Source of the DNA: Octopus sinensis
Lineage: Eukaryota
Reading direction: 5' to 3'
Assembly: GCF_006345805.1 (NCBI RefSeq)
Contig: NC_043004.1
Location: 57,412,001-57,476,000 of the forward strand
Length of the DNA stretch: 64,000 bases
Part shown: piece by piece, positions 51,570 through 64,000 of the stretch
Position numbering within the stretch: position 1 is the stretch's first letter
How the letters are laid out: each line of letters begins with the position of its first letter
The notes under the pieces: generated by a model
The model's input: the letters and a program-made list of their open reading frames with translations, nothing else
The model's database searches: none
What the model was told of the DNA's origin: nothing
Position numbers and translations under genes: made by a program

Positions 51570-53559
51570 TGTGTGTGTGTTGCGGCTGTGTGTATTGCGT
51601 GACTCAGAATAATTATATGAAGGATATATTATAGAGAAAAATTATTTTGCTTTTATATATTTGTCTCTATTATCATTTCTCCATCCAATTTCCCCCACCC
51701 TCCCCACGAACATTTATCTGATAAATAATGTTTGGCCCTAAATGATATATTATATTATGATTTGGCGTAAAGCAATTATATATTGAATAAATTGTATTTT
51801 ACAGATAGATCGAAAGAAGCATGGAACGTTAAGTTGAGGGGATACGCATTTCGTTTACATGAGTATATACTCTTTGGATATCATGTATATTTAAGTATCT
51901 ATCAACAAGCTAATGATGGTTGCCCGTCATTACCATATCTCTTGAACTGCTAATTGACAAATAAATTACCTTTAAAATGTTATTTTGTGTTCAATTCAAT
52001 TACGAAACGATGAATTTGTTTTAGAAAATGACTTCTTGATTTATTAGTCGGGATATTTCGTTGCTAATTCAGCAACGGTTGTTAGCAAACACCCACTGCA
52101 AATACCAGATAATTTATTGCTAACATCAATTATATTATTGATATTATATATTTAGACAAATGATTATGGAAATATTGGAAGTATATAATTAATTGCTGCA
52201 GTTACCGCTTTCTTATACGTGGGCATATAATAACGTAACATTCACAACTACAGCGTTAAAAACTCTGACCCGTGTATATATACAAGAGTAGGGAACTGTA
52301 GCGGCCGATAGGATATTTATTTGCGAGTATTATTCAAGAGCAATTTAATATGACCGGCTTTTATAGACAAGGTATAAACTCACACGAAGCAATCTCTCAT
52401 TTTGTTTCCTCGTAAGAGATCGATATATACTACCTGAAATTCTGGAAACCAAGCATTCACAAATTAGACATTAACAATTGTATGTGTAGAGCCGTGCATA
52501 ATCAGTAAAGCACAGATGTCGTAAATATGAAAGCAAAAGCAGCGAAGCGTTAAAAGCCTTAGATCTGAACTGCGAAGTTTAGTATTTCTCTCATTGATCT
52601 CATGGACTAAAATGGGATACCTCATCAAGTAGGACTTTTGTTTTCTGTGTTATCGAGTCATTGTTTATTCATTGACATTCACATGAAACTAGAAATGAGT
52701 AATTTTCATAACCGGAAATTTCCTGGCAAAATGTGTCTTGCATGTCTTTTATTATTATTTTTTTAACAACAGGATATGGGTATTGTGATGACAGATGAAT
52801 GACTTGATCTTTTACACTGGACACCGGAAATCATCAGGGCCAACCGGATAAATAATGATGTTTCTAATGCCGTTAAAATGTCAAGAGAAAAGACGTATTG
52901 GGGTATTGAAATCCGATAAAGAATCAAAAATAATTATTCACAAAATTAATACTTCACAATAATTTACATTGAGTTTTAATCATTTCATGAGGCAGAAATG
53001 GTGGGGAACGTACATGGTATTGAGAAATTACAGCTTTTAACATGAAAATTGCAATTTCTAAGATAGAAGAACGTAACCTCTCGGACATTCACTATGGATT
53101 GAGGGAAACAGTGGAAGAAAGAAATAGAAAGACAAGCAGATAGAGAATTATAGTAAGAGAAGGAATAAATATTTACATTCAAAAACAAACTCACAGTTGA
53201 TATACCATTTGTATGTGGGTATAACTGTGATGTGAAGAGGCTTATCATAACTCTGTAGTAAAGAAGTTTTCTTCAAGTCATATTGTTGCCGCCATTGTAT
53301 GGATCTTTTCACAAGAGCTTTCTACTGTAGTGTAGTGTAACCCAATGTGGATGCACATTTTGAATGTAATTTGATAGGTGAGAACTATTCGGAATCTTGT
53401 CACACATACATGAGGTTTGTGTTTATGCTCATGCCCGCACTCGCGCTATCTGTGATAGTCTCCAGCACTATGACATCTTGTTTTGCTTCTTTTACATTCA
53501 TCTACTCGAAATAATAATAACAATAATAATAATGATAATAATAATAATAATAATAATAA

Positions 53560-53716
53560 ACAATGCTTTCTACTGAAGGCACAAGACCTGAAATTTCGAA
53601 GGAAGATTTAAGTTGATTGCATCGACCCCAGTAGACCACTGATACCTATATCGACCTAGGCAGAATTTGAAAGACAGCTAAACATTTCGCCCGGCGTGTT
53701 AACGATCCTGCCAACG
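53560..53716 (-). mobile_element. SINE family B, deleted copy
   Basis: Reverse complement ggcaggatcgttaacacgccgggcgaaatgtttagc...ggggtcgatgcaatcaactt. Confidence 0.8.
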
Positions 53717-54504
53717 TTGACAGGTATCGACTAAACCCTCGAAGGGCCCTGTCCAGTAACTGAAACAGTAAAAAGTTAAAAGAAGTTTGTGTGTATGTCC
53801 TTAGGTGTCTGTATGGGTGCATAACTGTGGATAACTTTAAACCACTTTTACCCTGAAAGAATATAAACACTGGACCTGATACAGAAAAAAACCCTTGCAC
53901 TTTGGAACGAATATTTTGCCGAAATTTATTTTGCGTTAAGTTTAAAAGACACATCTTTGGCACCCTCGTCCCTAGGAATACAATGTACCAGAGATTGTTG
54001 GTTAATTAATGTGAAAACTAAAAAGAGAGATGGATAGATTCTGGAGGGGGAAAATGAGAAGAGAATTGTTGACTCGCTGGACAGGTTTCACGTCGTACAG
54101 TATGGGCATTTTTGTATGTATGTTTCTGTGTGTGTTCTTGAGTACCTCTCTGTGTGTGTGTGTGCTTATGACTGAGTATTCTCATTAAGTTTTCATTCAT
54201 ATCTTCCTGCATCGAAAGAGTAACATTCTAAGAAATATACTAAGCATTATCACTGAAGTGAAGATAACAACAAACAAATTCATATATTAAGCTTGAGAAA
54301 TTTCTTGCATATTTTTACTGTTATGCTTAAAGACTGCATTGATAATGAGCATAGTAGCTGGTTAATTCCATTGCTGAAAAGCCTTACTTTTCCAGGCTGT
54401 AACTCGAGAAAATCAAGTGTAAAATGTATCTGTAGTTAAATATGCAGGTATGAATATATATACTTTCTGTATGTGTGCATAAGTATACATCCATATTTCA
54501 AAAT

Positions 54505-54702
54505 GTAACCACATGTGAATCGTTGGCGATTTTCTTCCTCTGCCTTCCCTTCTTTTGGACTTTGCTATGCTTCCGAAGCAGAGCGTCTGCTCGAAACATT
54601 AAACCATCTTTCTTTCCTTTCCTGAATGTCTGCTAATACATTACATGTACAACGTTCTCGCGATGTTCACTTTTTGTGCGTGTTCTTCTTTATTGGATTT
54701 AC
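54505..54702 (+). mobile_element. Repeat H, old copy with degenerate hammerhead (CCGAAGC-A-GAGC..GCTC-GAAACATT)
   Basis: Co-linear with the reverse complement of 50357-50566. Confidence 0.75.
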
Positions 54703-54913
54703 TATACATCCATATATATATATATATATATATATATGCGTGTCTGTGTATGTGATAAAACACACACACATGGTAAGCAGGTAGAGTGAAAGGAGAAAGA
54801 TAATGTGTCAGTGAAAGAATGAGTGAAAGGAGAGAGAGAGAGAGAGAGAGATCTTAAAATTATTGAAGATGAATGAATTTATTCATACACATATATACTA
54901 TATATATATAGAA

Positions 54914-55294
54914 GAGGCGCAATGGCCCAGTGGTTAGGGCAGCGGACTCGCGGTCATAGGATCGCGGTTTCAATTCCCAGACCGGGCGTTGTAAGTGTTT
55001 ATTGAGCGAAAACACCTAAAGCTCCACGAGGCTCCGGCAGGGGATGGTGGTGATCCCTGCTGTACTCTTTCACCACAACTTTCTCTCACTCTTACTTCCT
55101 GCTTCTGTTGTACCTGTATTTCAAAGGGCCGGCCTTGCCACTCTCTGTGTCACGCTGAATATCCCCGAGAACTACGTTAAGGGTATGCGTGTCTGTGGAG
55201 TGCTCGGCCACTTACACGTTAATTTCACGAGAAGTCTGTTCCGTTGATTCGGATCAACCGGAACCATCGTCGTCGTAACCGACGGAGTGCTTCC
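54914..55294 (+). mobile_element. tRNA-derived SINE family C, full length
   Basis: gaggcgcaaTGGCCCAGTGGttagggcagcggactcgcgg...GGTTTCAATTCC A/B boxes; distinct body and tail. Resemblance to published octopus OR-type SINEs is from memory and unverified. Confidence 0.9.
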
Positions 55295-56342
55295 TACTAT
55301 ATATATATACATTATATTATATTATAATTTATATATTCTTACGTACGGGACGTGGCTTTGATGTCAGGTATTTTATTGAAGTTTCTCATCTTTGCTGAAG
55401 AGAAGCGCTGCATACAGATGACATAATTACAGGAGTACGTTTACATACATATGTATGAAAACAGATGCACACACATGCATATATGGAAATTTAATATCGT
55501 TGTGAAGCACGTGTTTTTTTAATATAATATCACTGCGTTGATGAAAGCGGCCAGATAAACTGTGTAAGAGGCTCATTTACACGTGAATTACGTGCATTAA
55601 TGATCAATGCAGTCAGAAGAAAGATAACAATATCCTATAAAGTATAGACCACCAAATGCCAATACTAAATAATAAAGCGTAATATTTTACCTTTAATATA
55701 TCATACATTAGGGAATGAAAATTTTGTAAACGTAATTAAAACGGAAAATAAAATATCAATATATATACATGAGTGTGATAAGCATCACAGAATTATATTT
55801 AAAATCTTTTAGAATGTAAAACAAAAAATTATAGGCAAAGCTTTTCCTGTTAATATCATTATATTAGATCTACATAATTTTAGTTTCTTTTGATGATACG
55901 TGTGAAGGAGTGTGGTCTAGTTGGCACGGTGTTCGACTCACAGTCATGAATTGACGGTTTCCGTGTGTTGTTATTACATTTAAAGTTACTCTACTAAGGT
56001 GTAATGAACAGCATTTGCTTAACAGTTAGATTGCTTTCCATCAAATTGTCGCTTCTCGGTGGTTACTCTGTGTGAAGTGAAGAAAATCTATCTATTAAAT
56101 GGAGTCCGATTATACATAACGAAATCAAAGTTCATATTCAAATTCGTAAGCGATTCACAGTTGGCGCTTTAAGTACCGTTCTATAACACATTTTTCAATT
56201 ACAACGAATGTACCGCTACGCTTTCGCCCTACCTCTGCTTGAAATTCCTACCGAATCCACCTCAGATCGGAAATTTCATATTCTATATTAACAGGACAAA
56301 TAAGATAATGTGCTTTTGCATAATTTATTAACAATTATATTA

Positions 56343-56907
56343 TTGGGTTATCCGGAAAATTCGTGACGATTTTTAATGGAAAGAAAAACGTCAATAAATA
56401 CTTGCCATTACATTTTTAATCAACCAAATATAAAACATTTTGTTACACAATACGTTTCCATCTTTCTTTAACTTGAAAATACCCACTTTCCAGAATTGAG
56501 GTGCTTTCATGGCAAATAATTCATCAAGGTATCTTTTTACGTCATCCAAGCAATTGAAATTTTTACCATTAAGTCTATTCTGTAGAGACCTGAATAAGTG
56601 GAAATCCGAAGGAGCAATATCTAGTGAATATGGAGGGTAGGGTAACACATCCCAGCCGAGCTGCAGCAATTTTTGCCTGGTTCCCAAAACATAAAGTTCC
56701 GAAAATGAACTTTCTTATCTTCCATTTTAAAAGGTTGTAGAAATAACACATGTTATAGGAACATAAACCTTCTTCCACGAAAATATGGCTTAAGCAGTTC
56801 TCTAAATGGAGGTGTAGTCAAATCCTATTTTATGGACTCAACCATGCTCTAAAATAAGTCGAAATGTAAGCTACTATGAATCGGTATGAACTTTCCGTAC
56901 AACACAA
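56343..56907 (-). mobile_element. Mariner deletion derivative (565 bp) with both TIRs and TA duplications
   Basis: Left TA|TTGGGTTATCCGGAAAATTCGTGACGA versus right reverse complement TA|TTGTGTTGTACGGAAAGTTCATACCGA; N-terminus MEDKKVHFR (ATG at 56725) fused to TRQKLLQLGWDVLPYPPYSLDIAPSDFHLFRSLQN. Confidence 0.92.
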
Positions 56908-57199
56908 TACATTAGAATACTGACAAAGTCTGTTTTGTAACTGACACTGACGTTGCGATAAATACCACAGTTCCTGCAACGTGTTTCTGTCTCAATTCCC
57001 CAAACACTCCACAGAACTGAAGCTCTTGAGCCTTCTCCACTTCTCTTGTTGCCGCGCACTTTTTGTCACCAAACCTAACCTATTTCCTGTATAACCAACC
57101 AGTAGATATGATTGGCCCCTTACATTACGTACACACAGAGGCAGTTTTCACCTACGCTCATCAAATATTTCAAAAGTCCTGTCTCTCCTTTTCATTCTC

Positions 57200-57224
57200 T
57201 CCTCTCTCTCTCTCTATCTATCTA

Positions 57225-57268
<44 letters not shown>

Positions 57269-57480
57269 ATGTATACATACATATAAACATATATATATAT
57301 ATATGTGTATGTATATATATATATATAATGTATACATACATATAACATATATATATATAATGTATACATACATATAAACATATATATATATGTGTATGTA
57401 TATATATATAATGTATACATACATATAAACATACATATATATGTGTATGTATATATATATATATATATGTACATACATGT
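57200..57480. repeat. Microsatellites plus a 4-copy minisatellite (aatgtatacatacatataaacat...)
   Basis: Unit starts at about 57268, 57328, 57359 and 57410. Confidence 0.9.
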
Positions 57481-59550
57481 ATGTATATCTTTATATATAT
57501 GTATTATATTCTATTTCAAAGAAGAGCAAACCTTTTTAGATTCATTAGCACCGTTTATTTATCAGCGTCACGTAGGAAACTCTCGGATTTCTATTTTCAA
57601 CGATCTTCGCGGAAAAGTACATGAATTATTTTTTGCTGAATATATAACGTAGTATTTGAGCACATATGTGCAAATACAATAACACAATTAAATAAAACTT
57701 CGTAATTTCGGGTACATGAGAAAGAATCTGCATATAACCATCTGTAAAATTTTCTAATAGATTTTCGGTCTTGGATGAAGATTTTACTCAAAAGTGAACC
57801 TATGCACCTAAAGGATTTTTCACCTTCTTATGTAACAGCTCTGCACGGATAAAACGATGCTCCTGTATCTTTGTAAGCATCAACAGGTATCTTCTCAGTA
57901 CATACGATTTGTATCGAACGTACCGTGTACCAAAATTCTGGTATTATCATCGATAATCTTTTAAAACCTCCGGATGAATTTCGTTCTCCTAATACTTTTC
58001 CGACGTTTAGAATTTTCTTTTTTCTTTCATACAGTTTAAACGTTCATGCTGCAGGCATCAGGCTCCATCTGATCTTTATGTACAAAAGATAGGCAAAAGT
58101 TGTAAAGATAGCAACTTCTAAATTTTTGTGATATATGTCAACAATATATTCATGTCTTTTCGTTTTTTATGTTAACATTTTATCTGCTATCGGAAAGGGT
58201 GCCGAAATAAATCAAAGTCTAAATTGTTTTGAACAGATTCTAATTATATATATACATAGTAGACCTGACACCGTTCATTAATCGGTGTGCATTCAAAGCA
58301 ATGATTAGTAAATTCACGAAACCGGTATGCTTTTGAATCTCTTTAACAATTCACAATAATGACTTTTATTGCTTTTATTCCTACCTCAGTTTATCTAATT
58401 GTATATATCTATCGTTACTTTTCAGAGAAAGCCTTTAAATTTTTTGGTTTCCACTGTGCATTGCGCTTATTTTTCTTCTTACTTTCCCCTTGCATTTCCA
58501 CGTGTAGTTTCTTTTTTTTTTTGTAAGCTTTCTACTATATATATATTATATATATATATATATATATAATATATATCTACGCACACACGTATTTATACAG
58601 GGAAAGTGAGAGAGATAGTTAGGTAGATAAAAACACAGACACAGACATATTCATGCATACATACGAACGCAGAACACACACAATTGTGTTGTAATCAATG
58701 TTTCTGGAGATGAATGCACGTAACCAGTGCAGATTAGTCGTGCATAGGAATATTTATGAAATATACGTATGCGCGCGTGTGCGTGTCAGCGCATGCGAGC
58801 ACCTGTCTGTGCGGGCTTATACGTGAGCAAGGATCTACGTTTCTTAATCTGTATCAAAATTCGCTATGTATAGTGAATAAGAGATCTTATTTCTTATAAT
58901 CGAGAAAGCAAAATTTGTTCTAAAAAAGCACTACAGCGTTTTCAAGTTTATTTTTACACTATGTTTCTCATTCATTTCTTCTCGTTGTTTATTCTCTCAA
59001 ATAATTATAGTTATATATACCATATTTGCATTAACCAATTATTCTCTTAGATAATAGAATTTATCAGGAAATCTAAACGCCTACAGTCAGCGGTAAAAAT
59101 AGGTTTCTCTAAGGAAAAGAAGCAACAGAAATATATAAACACAACATACATTTATGCACACAAATGTATTCATATATACTTACATAAATGCATAACTATA
59201 TCTATGCATACGTACATACATACATATATAACTATATCTATGCATGCGTACATACATATGTATATACATACATTCATGTAGACACGCAGACTGACACACA
59301 GACACGTACATACACACGCGCGCGCATATACACACGCACATATGTATATATATATACATTATACATATTTATACATACATTATATATATATATATATATA
59401 TATACATACACCTGAGTAGGCACATAAATGCGAAACAAGGTGGGAAAATAGTACTCGAATACTAGAGGTAGAGTAATATGCTTTATTGTCAGACTAAAAG
59501 GTGGTGCTCCAGCATCGCCGCAGTTAAATGTTTGAAACAAATAAAAGAAT

Positions 59551-59582
<32 letters not shown>

Positions 59583-59600
59583 GTATAATATATAATATAT

Positions 59601-59651
<51 letters not shown>

Positions 59652-59688
59652 TTTCTATCTATCTATCTATCTATATAGATAGATAGAT

Positions 59689-59725
<37 letters not shown>

Positions 59726-59759
59726 TTTGTGTGTATATTATATATATATATATATATTC

Positions 59760-60071
59760 TATTCTTTTATTCTTTTACTTGTTTCAGTCATTTGAATGCG
59801 GCCATGCTTGGGCACCACATCTAATCGAACAAATCAATCCCAAGATTTATTCTTTGTAAGCCCAGTACTTATGCTATCGGTCTCTTTTGCCGAACCGCTA
59901 AGTTACGCGGACGTAATCACACCAGTATCGGTTGTCAAGCGTTGTTGGGGGACAAATATACACTCACAAGGATTTCGTCGGCCCGACGCTATAGTAGAAG
60001 ACAGTTGCCCAACAGAAGACATTGAACCCAGAACCGTGTGGCTGGTAAGCAAACTACTTACCACACAGCCA
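59760..60071 (-). mobile_element. SINE family A, internally deleted
   Basis: cttttacttgtttcagtc ... ctacttaccacacagcca. Confidence 0.9.
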
Positions 60072-60157
60072 TACATACAAACATATATATATATATATAA
60101 TTATGTATATACCGGTGCCCCAGTATGGCCACATCCTTAGAGCTGAAACTTCGTTGA

Positions 60158-60257
60158 NNNNNNNNNNNNNNNNNNNNNNNNNNNNNNNNNNNNNNNNNNN
60201 NNNNNNNNNNNNNNNNNNNNNNNNNNNNNNNNNNNNNNNNNNNNNNNNNNNNNNNNN
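60158..60257. other. Assembly gap (100 N)
   Basis: Direct. Confidence 1.
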
Positions 60258-61144
60258 TATGTTGCTATCATCAACATAGCGAGAGTACATGTTTACGAGT
60301 ATGGATTTCTGCAGTAGGCATTCTGTAAGCCTTCTGTCCCACCATACCATGAAGAGTTGGCCACATCACCAGCGATACTAACACCGATGGCTGCCCCCCC
60401 TCGTCCTGGCCATATATTTTATTATTAAATTTAATGTGTGGCCTTTTAGGGTAACTCTTATACTAGCTCCTAGTGCATGTGCGATCATTTTCTTACCTGA
60501 TGGACATTTGCGGTGCTCCGTATGGCTCTGGTCCATCCGCGCCATCTTTCTATATGTGTCTTCCTAGCCATAGAAGTAATTGTAGCGGCGTCTACCCTCT
60601 TAAACATCTACTGGGGCAGAAACTACTAAGATTATGTTTATCTAAGTATTCACTATTATATGTCAGTCTAAGTAGGAGGCCCGTTCTTCTTCTGTGTCGA
60701 CATTACAGAACTCCACCTGGCTTTCGTTGATCATCTCCACGCACTTCCCACTGCAAAATCTACGTCAATCGATGGGTATAGGGATACCACATCCATGCTA
60801 CCTACTATACATCCTGTCAAGTCACAAGTTTTGTTACAGTCACTGATCCTGCTTAGGAGATCTTCTGTGCTGTCACACACATCAGGTGACATCCTGATTA
60901 TAGAGCGTATGATCATTGAGAGGAAGTAGGAGATTCTGTAATTGCTAGCGATATTCGCTCCACAGACTTGTCTTGTTGGTGGTCCTGCTATAGGGTCAGT
61001 AAAAACTTTATGGTCCTTGCGAAGTCCATACAATGCCGGGATATCATTGTTCCAGGCGTGGAAATTCTTTGCAGTACGTTTCTGGGGTCCCAGAACAATT
61101 GTCCACATCATTGTGGGCATTGAGGACCTTTTCTCTCTCCTCAT
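60258..61144 (-). pseudogene. Penelope-like reverse transcriptase, inverted segment
   Basis: LYGLRKDHK, PPTRQVCGAN, GSMDVVSLYPSID, GAAIGVSIAGDVAN(L)FMVWWD, RYVDD in correct order on the minus strand, with frameshifts. Confidence 0.9.
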
Positions 61145-62050
61145 GTGCCTGTACTATGCAAAACCTATGGCCTCAAAATACCTGATCCACCGGAACTCAG
61201 CCATTGCGGGCAATGCCAAATTCAATATTTTGATGGCAGACCTCGTCAGAATAATGAGAAATGTGTCACGCATGTGCGAGCCTACAGAATTAAGAGACAC
61301 ATACAGTATTTCATTCACCGCATGCAGTTCTCAGGTTACACAGCAAAAAAAAGGATCAGAGTATACAAAGGAGCCATGAAGAAATTTGATAATATATTAT
61401 GTAATGATAGGAATGGATTTGCCCACTCTATAGGAACAAGTCATGGAACACTATAGAAAGGACAAAAAAGAAAATAGGGAAGGCCAACTCTTGGTATGAT
61501 AGCCATAAATACCAGAGTGTCATGTTCGTTGACACCACTCCTGGAGGTGAACTGGCGTACCGCTTTAGAATGACCCTAGATAAACTTAAACTAAGAATTA
61601 AGGTTGTTGAAAAGCCAGGCAACCCTATCAGATCTATAATTGGTAGAACCTATCCTTTTAGTAGAACTCTCTGTAGGGATAACTATTGCACCGTATGTAG
61701 ATTTAGCCCACAAACAAACTGTAAAGCCAGAAATGTGGTCTATAGTATAAGATGTATAGAGGGACGATGCAGTAACAAGACAGTAACATACGTAGGGGAA
61801 ACAGCAAGAAGCATTGGAGAGCGGGTGAATGACATTGGAGACAACTCAAGGGAGGTAAGAGCTCATCGATTCTGTACCAACACGCCGAACAGGAACACGG
61901 GGGATCAATCAATAACATAGAGATTAAGATATTGTCCACACATAGAACAGATGCAACAATTAGACAAATTACAGAAGCTACACATACAATAGAAAATAAA
62001 CCTAGCCTGAATAGAAAACTAGAATGAAGCAATAGCACACACCACAACAT
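61145..62050 (+). pseudogene. Penelope-like RT thumb, linker and GIY-YIG endonuclease
   Basis: YYAKPMAS...RIMRNVS...MFVDTTPGGEL...NCKARNVVYSIRC...YVGETARSIGER...KPSLNRK; frameshifted. Confidence 0.9.
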
Positions 62051-62695
62051 ATGACGATAGTGGATCCTTCAAACATAATAAATACACAGATAATTAAAGA
62101 AATAGAAATGAATAACTATAATATGTATATATATCTATGTATGTATGTGTATATATGTATATATGTATATGTGATAGATGTGTGTGTATATATATATATA
62201 TATATTATATATTTTTTTTTTTCGATTAGATTTATTATTATTATTATTACTAATATTGTTGTTATACATACATACAAGCATATGTAATGATAATAATGGG
62301 TGGATGTAAACACATGAACAAAATTAGAACAAAAGCAACAGCAACAAAAACAAAATACAAATTACAAGAATGTATATAAACAGAAGATACAAATATTACA
62401 GGCATCCCCCCCACACACACTAAATAAACATAGACGCACATAGAGATATAAGAATGCGCAAATGAAGACATACAATAGAAATACAAAATGGCTGACGGTT
62501 AGTAAGGAGAGACACAAATAAGTGAGAAGAAAACAAAGGACCACTGATGCGGTCACAGGAGTGTGACGAAAGAACTTTGGCCGAAATAAGATTATGATTA
62601 ATGTAAAAATAAATATCACTGAAGCAAAATAACACCAAATATATAGTGCGTGTGTTTTTATTGGCTAAACTGGCAATATGACCATTCCGAAATAT
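62051..62695 (+). mobile_element. 3' UTR/pseudo-LTR of the Penelope-like element
   Basis: Follows the GIY-YIG region; contains a same-strand hammerhead-like motif; ends in (TA)n. Confidence 0.55.
62541..62580 (+). ncRNA. Hammerhead-like motif, one core substitution
   Basis: CCA-CTGATGC-G-GTCACA-GGAG-TGTGAC-GAAA-GAAC-TT-TGG: stem II 6 bp perfect, stem I CCA/TGG, A9 replaced by C. Confidence 0.55.
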
Positions 62696-62699
62696 AACG

Positions 62700-63030
<331 letters not shown>

Positions 63031-63037
63031 TGTATAC

Positions 63038-63448
63038 AGGCGCAGGAGTGGCTGTGTGGTAAGTAGCTTGTTTACCAACCACATGGTTCCGGGTTCAGTC
63101 CCACTGCGTGGCACTTTGGGCAAATGCTTTCTGCTATAGCCTCGGGCCGACCAAAGCCCTGTGAGTGGATTTGGTAGACGGAAACTGAAAGATGCCTGTC
63201 GTATATATGTATATATATGTATATGTGTGTATATGTTTGTGTGTCTGTGTTTGTCCCTCTAGCATTGCTTGACAACCGATGCTGGTGTGTTTATGTCCCC
63301 GTCACTTAGCGGTTCGGTAAAAGTGACCGATAGAATAAGTACTGGGCTTACAAAGAATAAGTCCCGGGGTCGATTTGCTCGACTAAAGCCGGTGCTCCAG
63401 CATGGCCGCAGTCAAATGACTGAAACAAGTAAGAGAGAGAGTAAGAGT
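63038..63448 (+). mobile_element. SINE family A, full length, best-preserved copy
   Basis: aggcgcaggagTGGCTGTGTGGtaagtagc...gGGTTCAGTCCcactgcgtggcac...gactgaaacaagtaagagag. Confidence 0.96.
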
Positions 63449-64000
63449 ATAGAATAGTGTCAGATCTACATTAAAAGTAAGAAGTTGGCTGTGTTTTGTG
63501 TATGTACTCTTTCCTAAGAATAAACCGATATTTACAGCACTTTCCAAGAATCAACAATATCATAAAACTTAGAATTACCTCAAGTAATCTCGAAAATCAA
63601 CACTTGATACAACTGCTGTATGCTCAGTAGCTATTTTATTTGTAATTGCATTCAACTAATTGTGTGAATAGTACTAACATAAATGGAAACTGTTGTATAG
63701 AATTCGTAAACGCACTCTTAACGGTAGTGGATCTGCCAAAATCAATAATAATAGACAATCAATAAATCGCAAGTAATTATTGCTCTCAAGAAAATATCGA
63801 TTAATGATAACTGCAAATCACGTATTTATTTGGATTAATTTCTCGTTTTAGATTTGGCTGAATAAATGATTCCACACATAATTGACATTTGTGCTGAAAG
63901 TAGGACAAAACAGGAGGAAAGCAAAGCGTGTTTCTTTTTCTTTTACATAGTTTTCATAATTAGTGTCTTTCATCCATACATTAGTTGCATACTTACTCAC

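Noticed and set aside
54914-54985. tRNA gene (also the SINE heads at 7944, 26358, 49520, 63038)
   Set aside because: A and B boxes are present, but there is no complete cloverleaf and the sequence runs on into multi-copy SINE bodies.
62025-62027. In-frame TGA as selenocysteine in the Penelope endonuclease tail
   Set aside because: The position (LNRKLE*SN) more likely corresponds to a mutated Trp codon; the copy has other lesions and no convincing SECIS stem is visible downstream.

Overview
AT-rich, repeat-saturated eukaryotic (metazoan) genomic DNA, most likely intronic/intergenic sequence of an octopus-like cephalopod. The organism call is inference from the tRNA-SINE families and the extreme microsatellite load. 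No complete host gene, rRNA, tRNA gene or CRISPR array is visible, and nearly all long ORFs in the track are microsatellite artefacts. What can be supported: about 30 tRNA-derived SINE copies from at least four modular families; three Tc1/mariner relics, two with recognisable TIRs and TA target duplications; a Dong/R4-type RLE retrotransposon 3' end between (TAA)n tracts; CR1-like and Tx1-like LINE fragments; two Penelope-like elements (RT and/or GIY-YIG), both with 5' inversions; a probable Helentron-associated element; kilobase palindromic CATG/(TA)n satellites; and a 100-N gap. The most striking signal is a set of hammerhead-ribozyme motifs in Penelope-associated repeats. One of them (18880-18946) has all core nucleotides and two perfect 6-bp helices, but its three strands lie in reverse order, implying a pseudoknotted topology outside types I/II/III. 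A few isolated splice-site-bounded exon candidates, two encoding signal-peptide-like stretches, hint at a host gene but are unresolved. Element boundaries were read by eye and are approximate unless TIR/TSD positions are given.
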